A DNA stretch of 36,711 bases from Thermoflexales bacterium (GTDB lineage Bacteria; Chloroflexota; Anaerolineae; B4-G1). The notes beneath the pieces were generated by a model that saw nothing but the letters and a program-made list of their open reading frames with translations, ran no database searches and had not been told where the DNA came from. A program made the position numbers and the translations under genes. Below, piece by piece: positions 8,800-18,898 of the stretch. The stretch is taken from the NCBI GenBank assembly GCA_007118795.1, contig SKQX01000244.1:1-36711 (forward strand). Direction: 5' to 3'. Numbering within the stretch: position 1 is the stretch's first letter; each line of letters opens with the position of its first letter.

Positions 8800-10461
8800 T
8801 TGACTGCACAGGACAGGAGATCAGAGAAGGACAGTGGGGATGCGCGCTATGTCCTCGACGGACAGGGTTTTAAGCGCCTCGTTCGGGCCGGGTTGGGATG
8901 GCTTCAGCGGCATCAGGCGACGATTAACGCCCTGAATGTGTACCCGGTTCCCGACGGTGACACCGGAACAAACATGGTGCTGACCATGCGCTCAGCATGG
9001 TCCGAGATTCAGGATGTGACGGACAGCAACGTGGGCCGAGTCGTGGGAAAGATGGCTCACGGTGCGCTGATGGGCGCGAGGGGCAACTCGGGCGTCATCC
9101 TCTCTCAGATCTGGCGCGGATTCGCTCGGTGTCTGGACGAGAAAGATGTCCTGCAGACGGACGATTTGGCTGCTGCCTGTCGAGAAGGATCCGAGACCGC
9201 GTACAAGGGGGTGGTGAAACCCGTAGAGGGTACGATTCTCACCGTTGCCCGCGCAGTGGCGGACGCCGCTGCTCGGGCCGACGCGAGCACGGATGATCTG
9301 GTCACCGTGCTGGAGCAGATGGTGTTCGCCGCCCACGAGACAGTTGTCCTCACCCCTTCCCTGCTGCCTGTGCTCAAGGAGGCGGGAGTGGTCGACGCCG
9401 GAGGCCAGGGCCTCTTCATCATCTTGCAGGGTATGCTCCGCCATATGAGAGGGGAGCCCGTTGCGCAGGATGTGGAGGTCGACGAGGCGACTCCGATCCG
9501 GCATGAAGGGCTGGTGCCTGGCGAGGAAGGTTACGAGTACGACGTGCAGTTCCTGGTGGTTGGAGACGATCTCGATGTCGATGAGATTCGGGAGCGCATA
9601 GCCGAGATGGGGGACTATCCTCTCGTCGTTGGCGATCCCACGACGATCAAGGTGCACGTCCACGTCTCCGATCCCGGCGTCCCCATCAGCTACGGGGCCG
9701 AGTTGGGTTCGCTCCGCGACGTGGTGGTCGAGGACATGCAGGCCCAGTATCAAGACTTCGTGTCCGGACGCGAGGGGCCGCCCGCCCGGCCTACCGAGGG
9801 GATTGGCGACATTGGAGTTGTAGCTGTTGTCCCCGGTGATGGATTGGCTCGGGTGTTTGAGAGTCTTGGTGCGGGTGCCGTGGTCCGCGGCGGTCAGACC
9901 ATGAACCCGAGTACCAAGGACTTGCTTGAGGCGATTGAGCGCCTACCGACCGAGCAGGTCATCTTGCTACCCAACAACAGCAATGTGGTCCTGGCGGCTG
10001 AGCAGAGCTGTGAGATGAGCGACAAGGAGGTTGTGGTCGTCCCAACCCGGTTCGTGCCCGAGGGCGTCACGGCGCTCCTTGCCGTCAACTACCAGGCCGA
10101 TCTTGAATCCAATGTGAAGGCGATGAAGCGGGCCATGGAAGACGTGGAGACAGGTGAGATCACCCTGGCCACTCGCTCGGCCCGGCTCAATGGTGTCGAA
10201 GTGTTGGACGGACAGGTGATCGGTCTCCACAACGGCGAGCTCAAGGTCGGCGGTGATACCGTCGAGGAGGTTGCCGGGCAGTTACTCGACGAGATGGGGG
10301 CGGACGATCGAGAGATCATCACGTTATATCACGGCGAAGACGTCAGTTGGGAAGCGGCCGAGAGGCTGGGTGGTCTCTTGCAGGAAGATTGGCCCGGGCA
10401 AGAGATAGAGGTCATCCCGGGTGGGCAACCTCACTATCTGTACATCATCTCGGTAGAGTAG
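8800..10461 (+). CDS. DAK2-domain protein, YloV/FakA-like (candidate fatty-acid kinase catalytic subunit)
   Basis: NVYPVPDGDTGTNM Dak-phosphatase motif, followed by a long C-terminal DegV-like/FakA region. I prefer TTG 8800, which follows GGGAG at 8789-8793. The in-frame TTG 8764 from the track is an alternative. Confidence 0.85.
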   Translation: MTAQDRRSEKDSGDARYVLDGQGFKRLVRAGLGWLQRHQATINALNVYPVPDGDTGTNMVLTMRSAWSEIQDVTDSNVGRVVGKMAHGALMGARGNSGVILSQIWRGFARCLDEKDVLQTDDLAAACREGSETAYKGVVKPVEGTILTVARAVADAAARADASTDDLVTVLEQMVFAAHETVVLTPSLLPVLKEAGVVDAGGQGLFIILQGMLRHMRGEPVAQDVEVDEATPIRHEGLVPGEEGYEYDVQFLVVGDDLDVDEIRERIAEMGDYPLVVGDPTTIKVHVHVSDPGVPISYGAELGSLRDVVVEDMQAQYQDFVSGREGPPARPTEGIGDIGVVAVVPGDGLARVFESLGAGAVVRGGQTMNPSTKDLLEAIERLPTEQVILLPNNSNVVLAAEQSCEMSDKEVVVVPTRFVPEGVTALLAVNYQADLESNVKAMKRAMEDVETGEITLATRSARLNGVEVLDGQVIGLHNGELKVGGDTVEEVAGQLLDEMGADDREIITLYHGEDVSWEAAERLGGLLQEDWPGQEIEVIPGGQPHYLYIISVE

Positions 10462-10552
10462 ATGCCCCTTAATATGCGTCCCCGGCGCCCGGATGTCGAT
10501 CCTAGCGTCCGAGTGCCGGCGGATGGCGGCTAGTGCAAGTTCGGGAGGTCGC

Positions 10553-11437
10553 GTGTCCAAGGTCCACATCGTCACTGATAGTGCTCTGCGGCTGCCTACT
10601 GCGGTGAGTGAGGGCGTTTCCGATGCAGAGGTTGCCGAGCAGCTCGGCATCACCATTGTCCCTCTCACCGTCCGAATCGATGGAGAGGATCTCCGGGATG
10701 GCATCGACCTGGATCGTGAGGAGCTGCTCCTCCGCATGGCCAGGGAGCGTGTTCGGCCCCAGATCGTTGGCCCGACGATGCACGACTTCCGGCGGGTCTA
10801 CGGGCGCTTGACTCGGCGCACCGATCAGATCATCTCTCTCCACTCATCGGGGGGCCTGAGCCTGGTGAGCCGTGAGGCCGAACTAGCGACGCGGGGTTTT
10901 ATGGGGCGCTATGACATCCTGGTGGTTGACTCGGAGACGCTCTCCCTCGGATTGGGCATCCTAGCCGAATCTGCAGCTCGCCTGGCTGATGAGTCCTTAC
11001 CGATCGGGGCCATCGTGAGACACATAAGGGGTATGCTTCGCCATGTCTACGTGTCGCTCACCACGGATACACTGGATTACCTGGAGCACTCCGGCCTGAT
11101 TAGCGCCACCCAGGCGATCTTGGGCACGATGCTCGACAATAAGCCCTCTTTGGCCTTGGAGAGGGGAAGGATCATCCCGATGGAGAAGGTGATTGGTCGG
11201 GACGATGCCATAGGCAAACTGGCCGATTTCGCCAACGAGTTCCCGCACATCGAGAAGATGGCGATCCTACAGAGCACGTCCTACGCCACCGAAGAGACTG
11301 AGATGCTGCGGACAGATGTGGAGGTGACGGCCGCCGACGGTGAGTTCCCGGTCCTGCTGTACGGGCCGCTATTGGCTTCCCACGTGGGGCCCGATGCGCT
11401 GGGCCTCATTGTATACGAAGGGTTCGGCGGTCGCTGA
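10553..11437 (+). CDS. DegV family fatty-acid-binding protein (FakB-like)
   Basis: GGGAGG before GTG 10553. The N-terminus VHIVTDSALRLP and SSGGLSLVSREAELA are typical of DegV. The gene is adjacent to the DAK2 gene. Confidence 0.8.
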   Translation: MSKVHIVTDSALRLPTAVSEGVSDAEVAEQLGITIVPLTVRIDGEDLRDGIDLDREELLLRMARERVRPQIVGPTMHDFRRVYGRLTRRTDQIISLHSSGGLSLVSREAELATRGFMGRYDILVVDSETLSLGLGILAESAARLADESLPIGAIVRHIRGMLRHVYVSLTTDTLDYLEHSGLISATQAILGTMLDNKPSLALERGRIIPMEKVIGRDDAIGKLADFANEFPHIEKMAILQSTSYATEETEMLRTDVEVTAADGEFPVLLYGPLLASHVGPDALGLIVYEGFGGR

Positions 11438-11440
11438 GAG

Positions 11441-13852
11441 GTGATGGTGAAGAAACCCGTTGATAAGTTGGTCAAGATTCTTCTTCTGGAGGCGGAGAGA
11501 CACCAGGACAGATCCGTCGTAGGTGGGCTCGCGTCATACGCCGAGACATGGGCACAGGAGGCTAAGCAAGAATTCGGACCGACGTGGTCCGATTGGATCG
11601 ACGAAGTTGCCGTCCGCTTGCGTACCTACAGTGAACTCCCCAACGTGGCCGCACGTAGAAAGGCGTTGGCCTCCCTCTATCAAGTCCTGAAGAAAGGGCC
11701 CGTCGACAGCGCACCGTCACTCAGCAGACCGACGGCTTCGCCCCGTCAGACATCTCCGAGGCCGAAGAGGGCCCCGGGGCGGCAACCCAAGCTTGATTCA
11801 CCGGCAACGAAGGCCCGCGGCGTGGGCCCGAAACGATCTGCCCGGCTCAAGCGATTGGGCGTCCGCACCATCCGGGATCTGCTCTACTTTCTTCCCCGCC
11901 GCTACGAAGACTACTCGCAGCTTGTTCCCATCAACCGCCTTCAGCTGGGCGAGCAGGTGACGATCATTGCCCAGGTCAAGAAGGCTTCCCTCCGCCGAAC
12001 GCGGGGGGGAGCCCCGATGCTCAAAGCCGTCCTCAGCGATGGCACGGGCGCTGTCGAGGTCACATGGTTCAACCAGCGGTATCTAGCCAACGAGATTACG
12101 CCTGGACGACAGATTGTGATCAGCGGCACCGTCGATGAGTATCTGGGGCACCTCTGTTTCACATCGCCGGAGTGGGAACCGCTCCGGGACGAACTGCTCC
12201 ACACCAATCGTATCGTGCCGGTCTACCCGCTTACCGAGGGCCTGAGAGCGAAGTCTCTGCGTCGACTGATGAAGCGCACCGTCACGTACTGGGCCCGGCG
12301 CCTGCCTGACCACTTGCCCTCTTCTGTTCAGCATGGGGAGGGGCTCTTGGATCTCGAGTCTGCTATCTTGCAGGCTCACTTCCCTAGCAGCTGGGAGCTG
12401 CTACAGCGTGCTCGTCAACGGCTGGCCTTCGATGAACTCTTCGTTCTCCAACTCGCTCTCCTTCGGCAGCGGGTCGAGTGGCGCTCGGAACCGGGGCAGG
12501 CGATTCCTTTGCGGGAAACCGTGCTGCAGAGTCTCGTGGGAAGTCTGCCCTATGATCTGACGGCCGCGCAGAGGCTGGTCCTCGAGCAGATTGTCAAGGA
12601 CGTACAAACCGATCGGCCCATGACGCGGTTGCTGCAGGGGGACGTAGGGTCGGGAAAGACGGTGGTGGCCACGGCAGCCCTGGCGCTGGCTGCAGCCGCT
12701 GGGGCTCAGGCCGCCTTGATGGCGCCCACCGAGCTACTGGCTGAGCAGCACTATCGAACCATTGCGGACCTTCTCGAGCGCGGCTTGGACGTGGAGCTGG
12801 AGGCTCGCCTTCTCACCGGGAGCACCCCGCCCGCAGAGCGGGAGGAAATCACCTCGAGACTGGTCGACGGCACCCTGCCTATCGTCGTAGGGACCCACGC
12901 GCTGATCCAGGAGAGTGTCCGCTTCCACAACCTGGTGCTGGCTGTGGTCGATGAGCAGCATCGCTTCGGCGTACGGCAGCGGGCCGCGCTCCGGCAGAAG
13001 GGGTATAACCCTCACCTGTTGGTGATGACCGCGACACCGATTCCCCGCTCCCTCCAGCTGACCGTCTGGGGGCACATGGACGTCTCTATCATCGATGAGA
13101 TGCCACCCGGGCGGAAGCCTGTGGTGACTCGTCTCGTTCTGCCAAGCGAGCGGGAGCGAGCTTATGCGTTCGTGCGAACGCAGATCGAAGAAGGGCGGCA
13201 GGTGTTCGTCATCTGTCCCCTGGTCGAGGAATCGGACGCCTTGGAGGCGAAGGCGGCGGTGGATGAGTTCGAGCGGCTGAGGGAGGATATCTTCCCCGAC
13301 TTGAAGCTGGGCCTATTACACGGGCGTATGGGGGCTACCGAGAAGGAATTGACGATGGCCTCCTTCGTCCGAGGCGGACTCGATCTCCTGGTCGCCACAT
13401 CCGTCATTGAGGTGGGGATCGATGTACCCAACGCGAGCGTGATGCTGATTGAGGGCGCTGAGCGTTTCGGACTTGCACAACTCCACCAATTCCGGGGGCG
13501 GGTGGGTCGGGGCGAGCATGAGTCGTACTGTCTGCTTATCTCCGATTCAGCTTCTGACCAAGCGCGAGAGCGGTTGGAGGCCATGGAGGCGACTACCGAT
13601 GGCTTCGTGCTGGCCAGGAAGGATCTGGAGATGCGGGGCCCGGGCGAGTTCCTCGGGACGCGACAGTCTGGGTTTTCCGAGGCGGTGCTTTCCCTCGAGC
13701 TGGCGGACGTCGCCGATCTTCGACTAGTCCAGCGGGCGCGGGAGGCCGCTCGACGGTTCTTCGAAACCGACCCGCAGCTGGCTGATCCGGCCCATCGTCT
13801 GTTGGCTCAGCGAGTACTACGAGTTCTTGAACAAGGAGGGACAACCAGTTGA
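11441..13852 (+). CDS. recG: ATP-dependent DNA helicase RecG
   Basis: Wedge/OB region, Walker A GDVGSGKT, DEQHRFG, and helicase C motifs (QLHQFRGRVGRG). Confidence 0.92.
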   Translation: MMVKKPVDKLVKILLLEAERHQDRSVVGGLASYAETWAQEAKQEFGPTWSDWIDEVAVRLRTYSELPNVAARRKALASLYQVLKKGPVDSAPSLSRPTASPRQTSPRPKRAPGRQPKLDSPATKARGVGPKRSARLKRLGVRTIRDLLYFLPRRYEDYSQLVPINRLQLGEQVTIIAQVKKASLRRTRGGAPMLKAVLSDGTGAVEVTWFNQRYLANEITPGRQIVISGTVDEYLGHLCFTSPEWEPLRDELLHTNRIVPVYPLTEGLRAKSLRRLMKRTVTYWARRLPDHLPSSVQHGEGLLDLESAILQAHFPSSWELLQRARQRLAFDELFVLQLALLRQRVEWRSEPGQAIPLRETVLQSLVGSLPYDLTAAQRLVLEQIVKDVQTDRPMTRLLQGDVGSGKTVVATAALALAAAAGAQAALMAPTELLAEQHYRTIADLLERGLDVELEARLLTGSTPPAEREEITSRLVDGTLPIVVGTHALIQESVRFHNLVLAVVDEQHRFGVRQRAALRQKGYNPHLLVMTATPIPRSLQLTVWGHMDVSIIDEMPPGRKPVVTRLVLPSERERAYAFVRTQIEEGRQVFVICPLVEESDALEAKAAVDEFERLREDIFPDLKLGLLHGRMGATEKELTMASFVRGGLDLLVATSVIEVGIDVPNASVMLIEGAERFGLAQLHQFRGRVGRGEHESYCLLISDSASDQARERLEAMEATTDGFVLARKDLEMRGPGEFLGTRQSGFSEAVLSLELADVADLRLVQRAREAARRFFETDPQLADPAHRLLAQRVLRVLEQGGTTS

Positions 13853-14376
13853 TCCGGACGGCCCTGTATCCCGGCACTTTCGACCCGGTCCATCGTGGAC
13901 ACATCGACATTGCGACCCGAGCTTGCAGCATCTTCGAAAACGTGGTGGTAGCCGTCTATGATCGGCCGGCTAAGAACCTGCTGTTCACTATTGAGGAACG
14001 AGTGGCCCTGGCGCGTCAGGCTTTGGAGGATCTGCCGAACGTGACGGTGGCGGTTTATGGCGGGCTTACGGTCGACTTCGCGCGCGAGGTCGGCGCGCAA
14101 GCCATTGTGCGGGGCCTGAGGGTCATTTCGGACTTCGAGCTGGAGTATCAAATGGCCTTGACCAATCGTCAGCTGGCGCCGGAGATCGAGTTTGTGTGCC
14201 TCATGACGCGTCAGGCCCACGCATTCATCAGTTCCAGCATTGTCAAGGAGGTTGCCCTCCTTGAGGGAAACGTGGAGGCTATGGTCACGCCCCGGGTCGC
14301 GCGAGCCCTGGAGGCGAGACGTCGCCAGCGGGAGGAGAACCGAGAGCCGGTACCGGTCGTATCCCTGCGCGATTAG
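13849..14376 (+). CDS. coaD: Phosphopantetheine adenylyltransferase
   Basis: ALYPGTFDPVHRGHIDI (T/HxGH motif). The TTG start overlaps the recG TGA (TTGA), and AAGGAGG lies 9 nt upstream. Confidence 0.9.
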   Translation: MIRTALYPGTFDPVHRGHIDIATRACSIFENVVVAVYDRPAKNLLFTIEERVALARQALEDLPNVTVAVYGGLTVDFAREVGAQAIVRGLRVISDFELEYQMALTNRQLAPEIEFVCLMTRQAHAFISSSIVKEVALLEGNVEAMVTPRVARALEARRRQREENREPVPVVSLRD

Positions 14377-14390
14377 CAACGGAGGCATCT

Positions 14391-14906
14391 ATGGATATCC
14401 TACACCTGATAGACCGCCTGGAGGAGATCCTCCGAGGCAGCCGGCGTGTTCCCTTCAGCGATCTCCGTCTGGTCGACGAGCAACGCATCTGGCCTCTGGT
14501 CGATCAAATGCGCATCTCCATCCCCGATGAAATGAGGCGTGCTGAGCGGATCATCCGCGAGCGCGAGCGTGCGAAGGCTCAAGCAACCGAGGAGGCCGAG
14601 CGCATCGTGGCGTTGGCCCGTGAGGAGGCTGCCCGTCTTTCGGCCGATCACCACATCTCCCACGCGGCGGAACGAGAGGCCGGGGCGATCCGTGAGCGGG
14701 CTAGGCAGGAGGCACGGCAGATTGTGGCCGGAGCCGATGAGTATGCTTTCGACGTCCTTTGTGATCTCGAGCAGGAGTTGAAGCGGGCTCTCACCATCAT
14801 TGAGAACGGAATCCGGGCGGTGGAGGCGCGGCGCGCGGGGCAAGAGGACGCTCCGATGCCCGAGTCGATCGTCGTGGCGGGTGAGGGTGAGGAGGAGGAG
14901 ACCTAG
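14391..14906 (+). CDS. Hypothetical E/R/A-rich coiled-coil protein
   Basis: ATG start 14 nt after coaD. Coding-like composition, a long predicted helical segment (RERERAKAQATEEAERIVALAREEAARL...) and an acidic tail. The function was not recognised. Confidence 0.65.
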   Translation: MDILHLIDRLEEILRGSRRVPFSDLRLVDEQRIWPLVDQMRISIPDEMRRAERIIRERERAKAQATEEAERIVALAREEAARLSADHHISHAAEREAGAIRERARQEARQIVAGADEYAFDVLCDLEQELKRALTIIENGIRAVEARRAGQEDAPMPESIVVAGEGEEEET

Positions 14907-14937
14907 GCCCGGCAGCGGATGGACAACCGCGTGAGTC

Positions 14938-14965
14938 TTGACACCTGGATTCGAGCCTCTATAAT
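14938..14965 (+). promoter_or_regulatory. Consensus sigma70-type promoter upstream of rpmF
   Basis: TTGACA (14938-14943), 16-nt spacer, TATAAT (14960-14965). The leader to the rpmF ATG would be about 130 nt. Confidence 0.55.
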
Positions 14966-15101
14966 ATGGGCGTAACAGCGGGACGAATATAACACGGCAT
15001 AGACCCATCTCATTCGGAGTGATGCGCGGGATACGTTTGTTGTTCATTCGGCGTCCGTAGGAAGTGGGTGGCTTGGACTCGAAAAGGAGTGTGGATAGAC
15101 A

Positions 15102-15287
15102 ATGGGTGCTGTACCAAAAGTAAGAATCTCGAAGTCAAGAGGACGCAAACGCAGCAGTCAGTGGAAGATCAAGGCTCGCAGTCTGGTGACGTGCGATTGG
15201 TGTGGGGCGCCAAAGCGGCCCCATCATGTCTGCATGAGCTGCGGGACGTATCGCGGTGAGCAGGTCATTGAGATTGAGGAAGAATAG
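15102..15287 (+). CDS. rpmF: 50S ribosomal protein L32
   Basis: [19 protein letters not shown] plus the zinc-ribbon cysteines CDWCG...CMSCG. AAGGAG SD. Confidence 0.9.
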   Translation: MGAVPKVRISKSRGRKRSSQWKIKARSLVTCDWCGAPKRPHHVCMSCGTYRGEQVIEIEEE

Positions 15288-15322
15288 TCTCTGATGGGAG
15301 GATATCTGAGGACTGGAGCTGC

Positions 15323-16300
15323 TTGTCACAGATCAAAGGGAATGTTCACCAGGATACCGTTAACAATCTAGAGGGGGAGCCACTGTCACCTAAGTCCGCC
15401 TATCTCTTTCCGGGACAAGGCTCTCAGTATGTGGGCATGGGGTACGAGCTCTACGAGAGATTCCCCCTGGCCCGCGACGTATTCGCCCAGGCTGACGATA
15501 CCCTGGGTATTCTTCTTTCGGAGCTTTGTTTCCAGGGGCCTTCCGATATTCTCGATGATACAGTCAACACGCAACCTGCGATTCTGGCTGCCAGTGTGGC
15601 GGCGTTCCGTGTCATGGTTCAGCATGACACCGACGCGCCCGCTTACGTAGCAGGTCACAGCATGGGGGAGTTCAGTGCCTTGGTGGCCTCAGGAGCTCTC
15701 CCTTTCGAAGATGCGCTACGCTTGGTGCGGCGTCGTGGGCAGTTGATGAAACAGGCTGGAGAGCAGAGCCCCGGTGGCATGGCAGCGGTGCTTGGCCTGG
15801 GTAGGGAGGCGGTGGAGGAAGCTTGCACGACTGCCCGGCAGGAGACCGGTGAGCACATCGGCCTGGCCAATGACAACTGTCCCGGACAAATCGTCATCTC
15901 CGGGGCTAGAGCGGGTCTGGAGCGGGCATCCGAGCTTGCGGCGGCGCGGGGCGCCAAGCGTGTGGTCCGCCTACCGGTGAGTATCGCGGCCCATTCACCG
16001 TTGATGCGTGAGGCGGCTGAGGCCTTCAAGGTGGAGCTGAGATCTGTCCGATTTGAGGAGCCCCACACCCCCATGGTGGCCAACGCTACGGCACGTCCCG
16101 TCACCGATCCCATGGCGATTCGCGACGCCCTGGGGCAACAGCTGACCGCCCCGGTGTCCTGGACCGAATCGGTGGAGTGGATGATCGATTGGGGTGTGGA
16201 TCGCTTTGTGGAGGTCGGCCCGAAGAAGGTGCTGATTGGTCTTCTGCGCCGCATCGACCGGTCGGTGGATGGGCTTTCCACCGCCGATCTACTCGTCTGA
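15323..16300 (+). CDS. fabD: Malonyl CoA-acyl carrier protein transacylase
   Basis: [12 protein letters not shown], active-site GHSMGEF and SIAAHSPLM. The TTG start is uncertain. Confidence 0.9.
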   Translation: MSQIKGNVHQDTVNNLEGEPLSPKSAYLFPGQGSQYVGMGYELYERFPLARDVFAQADDTLGILLSELCFQGPSDILDDTVNTQPAILAASVAAFRVMVQHDTDAPAYVAGHSMGEFSALVASGALPFEDALRLVRRRGQLMKQAGEQSPGGMAAVLGLGREAVEEACTTARQETGEHIGLANDNCPGQIVISGARAGLERASELAAARGAKRVVRLPVSIAAHSPLMREAAEAFKVELRSVRFEEPHTPMVANATARPVTDPMAIRDALGQQLTAPVSWTESVEWMIDWGVDRFVEVGPKKVLIGLLRRIDRSVDGLSTADLLV

Positions 16301-16412
16301 CAAGGATACCAGTGGGCCGATGTTGTTCACGCGTAGGTGGCTGATCCCATCACTAACGGCCTTGTGATACGCTGTGTCGCCACCGCCTGGTTCCTGGAGA
16401 ACGGAGGGCATT

Positions 16413-17156
16413 ATGGACTTGGAGGGCAGGGTAGCCATTGTGACGGGCGCATCGGGCGTAATCGGTCGGGCTATTGCGTTAGAGCTCGCCCGGCGAGGTG
16501 CCCGGGTTGTCGTCAACTACCACACCAATGAGGCAGCCGCGGACGAGGTTGTGGAATCGGTGGAAGCTAGAGGCGGTCAGGCTGTCGCTGTTCAGGCCGA
16601 CGTTGGTGATTTCGGCGAGGCGGCCGAGCTGATCAAAACAACGATTGACACTTTTGGAAGGGTCGATATACTGGTCAACAACGCTGGAACGACGCGGGAT
16701 CAACTGCTGATGCTGATGAAGGAGGATGACTGGGATGTGGTGTTGCGCACCAACCTGAAGGGGGTCTTCAACTGCTGCAAAGCGGTCTCCCGTACGATGG
16801 TGCGCCAGCGCTCGGGAAGGATCGTGAATGTGAGCTCCGTGTCCGGCATCGCTGGGCAGGGCGGCCAGACGAACTACGCCGCCTCCAAGGCTGGGATGAT
16901 CGGTTTCACGAAGAGTCTGGCCAAGGAGCTCGGTTCCCGGAACATTACTGTCAACGTGATCGCCCCTGGGTTTGTGCCTACCGGACTGACGGCGGACTTG
17001 CCCGAGGACCTCAAACAGCGGGGTATCGAGCTGACACCTCTGGGGCGCATGGGGCGGCCTGAAGAGGTAGCCTGGGCGGTGGCTTTCCTCGCATCTGATC
17101 AGGCCTCCTTTATCACCGGTGAGGTTCTGACCGTCGACGGCGGCCTTGTAATGTGA
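16413..17156 (+). CDS. fabG: 3-oxoacyl-ACP reductase (SDR family)
   Basis: GGAGGG before ATG 16413. TGASGVIGRAIA, NNAG and the YAASKAG catalytic motif. The gene follows fabD. Confidence 0.85.
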   Translation: MDLEGRVAIVTGASGVIGRAIALELARRGARVVVNYHTNEAAADEVVESVEARGGQAVAVQADVGDFGEAAELIKTTIDTFGRVDILVNNAGTTRDQLLMLMKEDDWDVVLRTNLKGVFNCCKAVSRTMVRQRSGRIVNVSSVSGIAGQGGQTNYAASKAGMIGFTKSLAKELGSRNITVNVIAPGFVPTGLTADLPEDLKQRGIELTPLGRMGRPEEVAWAVAFLASDQASFITGEVLTVDGGLVM

Positions 17157-17189
17157 GCCAGCTCACCTGGCGAATGAGGAGGATGGTTG

Positions 17190-17531
17190 ATGGATAAAGG
17201 GCTAACTCAGACGGAAGGTGACATCGGCAGGATCACCATCGCTCCGCAGGTACTGGTCACGACCGCTCGACTCACGGCCCTGGCCGTGCCCGGTGTGGCC
17301 CGCCTGGTTGCCCCGCCCGGGGTAGGGCGTCTCTTCAACTCCGACGGCGTCAGAATCGAGATTGATGGCGACAGAGTGTACGTCAAGATATATGTGATGA
17401 CTGAGCCCGGGGTGAATCTGCTCGGTATCGGCCGCAAGATTCGGAATGAGGTAACAAGAGCCCTGGAAAACATGGTAGGCGTTGAGGTGGAGGCTATCGA
17501 CGTACACATCGAGGATGTTGCCTTCTCCTGA
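17190..17531 (+). CDS. Asp23/Gls24 family protein (second paralogue, YqhY-like position upstream of nusB)
   Basis: GAGGAGG lies 7 nt before ATG 17190. ITIAPQVLVTTARLTALAVPGVARL ... IDVHIEDV. Confidence 0.75.
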   Translation: MDKGLTQTEGDIGRITIAPQVLVTTARLTALAVPGVARLVAPPGVGRLFNSDGVRIEIDGDRVYVKIYVMTEPGVNLLGIGRKIRNEVTRALENMVGVEVEAIDVHIEDVAFS

Positions 17532-17563
17532 CCCGGGATGTGCATAGAGCGGGGGGGTAAGCT

Positions 17564-18007
17564 TTGAAGGGCCGGCGTCAGGCGCGGGTCGTCGCGCTAG
17601 AGGCGTTATATGAGATTGACTGCGCGTCGCACGCCCCTGCCGTGGTGCTCCATCGCCGCATTACCGAAAACGGCCTGCGGCCCCCCAGCGCGGCGTTCAC
17701 CCGCCATCTTGTGGAAGGCGTCCTCGAGCATCAGGATGTGCTGGATGACTTTATCCACGAGCACGCGCCAGAGTGGCCGCTGGAGCAGATGGCATATATT
17801 GATCGAAATATCCTGCGCATGGCGATTTTTGAGTTCGCCGTTGACGGTAGCACGCCGGTGAAGGTCGCCATCAACGAGGCCGTCGAGCTTGCCAAAGGGT
17901 TTGGCTCCGACAGCGCGCCGCGTTTCGTCAACGGTGTTCTCGGCAGCCTGGTCCAATGCAAGAATGACATCGCAGAGGCGGCCCTGGCTGTCGAGGGGGA
18001 GGCGTAG
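17564..18007 (+). CDS. nusB: Transcription antitermination factor NusB
   Basis: RRQARVVALEALYEID ... INEAVELAKGFG...PRFVNGVLG. TTG start after a G7 SD-like tract. Confidence 0.88.
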   Translation: MKGRRQARVVALEALYEIDCASHAPAVVLHRRITENGLRPPSAAFTRHLVEGVLEHQDVLDDFIHEHAPEWPLEQMAYIDRNILRMAIFEFAVDGSTPVKVAINEAVELAKGFGSDSAPRFVNGVLGSLVQCKNDIAEAALAVEGEA

Positions 18008-18159
18008 CGATTCGTAGCTCAAAACTGAGGTGGCGGTGCTCAGCCGAGACCGCTCCGTGTCTTTCTCGTGATGATCGACTGCTAGGCTCGCATAGGTCCG
18101 TTATTCTACGCGCCCGTACAAGGTGGTTGTCTGGGCTCGTCCTTACGCGGAGGTTATCG

Positions 18160-18396
18160 ATGGAACGGAACGCCGGGTTTCCCGTCACTGTTGCCGTAGC
18201 GTTGATCACCCTTCTCTTCTCTACGCTCTGTTCAGCCGCTGGCATCTACGCCATCGGCGGTCAGGGTTTGGCCCTCGGACTGCGTCCGGGCCTCGGACCT
18301 GTCTTGATCGGTCTTGGAATCGTGGTTTGGGTGGGGCCCCCGCTCTTCTGGCTACGGTCGGGCCCCGATTCCGATCAGGACAGGGTCGGAATGTAA
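18160..18396 (+). CDS. Hypothetical small two-helix membrane protein
   Basis: GGAGG at 18149-18153 sits 6 nt before ATG 18160. Two hydrophobic spans (FPVTVAVALITLLFSTLCSAAGIYAI and GPVLIGLGIVVWVGPPLFWL). No family was recognised. Confidence 0.4.
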   Translation: MERNAGFPVTVAVALITLLFSTLCSAAGIYAIGGQGLALGLRPGLGPVLIGLGIVVWVGPPLFWLRSGPDSDQDRVGM

Positions 18397-18719
18397 CAGC
18401 TGGATGTCGGTGCCGGACGTATCGTCGGCCGCGTGACACGCCTTGCTCGCCCGTCCCAACCCGTCGGGCTCGCTCAAGATATGGACCGGGCCAGCTGCTA
18501 CGCGAGGATCTCACGAGCCCGGGTCTGGCTGACGGTCTGCTTGGACCAACCCGGGCCCGGACATCCCAGAGCGGAATTACGCCTCAGGGTTGTCTGGAGC
18601 TTTCCCCTGACAGACGGGGCCAGGGTGATGACACCCCTCGTTGCCATCGTCGCGCTTCCCCAGTTACCAATATATCGCGCTCAGTTGTGATCTTGGCTCG
18701 CTACAAGGGGCGATCTCAG

Positions 18720-18793
18720 TGCGCCTGGTGGGACTCGAACCCACAACGATCGGTTTCGTAGACCGCCCCTCTGTCCAATTGAGGTACAGGCGC
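18720..18793 (-). tRNA. tRNA-Arg (anticodon ACG), 74 nt, no encoded CCA
   Basis: Folded by hand from GCGCCTG TA CCTC AATTGGACA GAGG G GCGGT CTACGAA ACCGA TCGTT GTGGG TTCGAGT CCCAC CAGGCGC A. The cloverleaf has a 7-bp acceptor stem, a TTCGAGT T-loop and a CTACGAA anticodon loop. There is one G-A mismatch at 27:43. Confidence 0.9.
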
Positions 18794-18898
18794 TTACGAC
18801 TGGACGTTCGATATCAAAGGACCATGGTGGGAACTGCCTCCACCCATAATGGGGACACCACCTCAGGCGCCCGCCACCCACGCGTCCGGAGAACGCGG

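Noticed and set aside
8992-9753. 253-aa minus-strand ORF inside the DAK2 gene
   Set aside because: It is antisense to a gene with the DGDTGTNM motif, and its own sequence has no recognisable features.
14400-15047. 215-aa minus-strand ORF covering the coiled-coil gene and the rpmF promoter
   Set aside because: It is an antisense frame of an E/R/A-rich gene, which gives an L/R/S-rich mirror translation. It also runs across a consensus promoter.
18397-18719. Integration scar or small RNA downstream of tRNA-Arg
   Set aside because: tRNA 3' ends are common integration sites, but I found no direct repeat of the tRNA 3' half in the window and no integrase. No RNase P, SRP or tmRNA signature was seen either.
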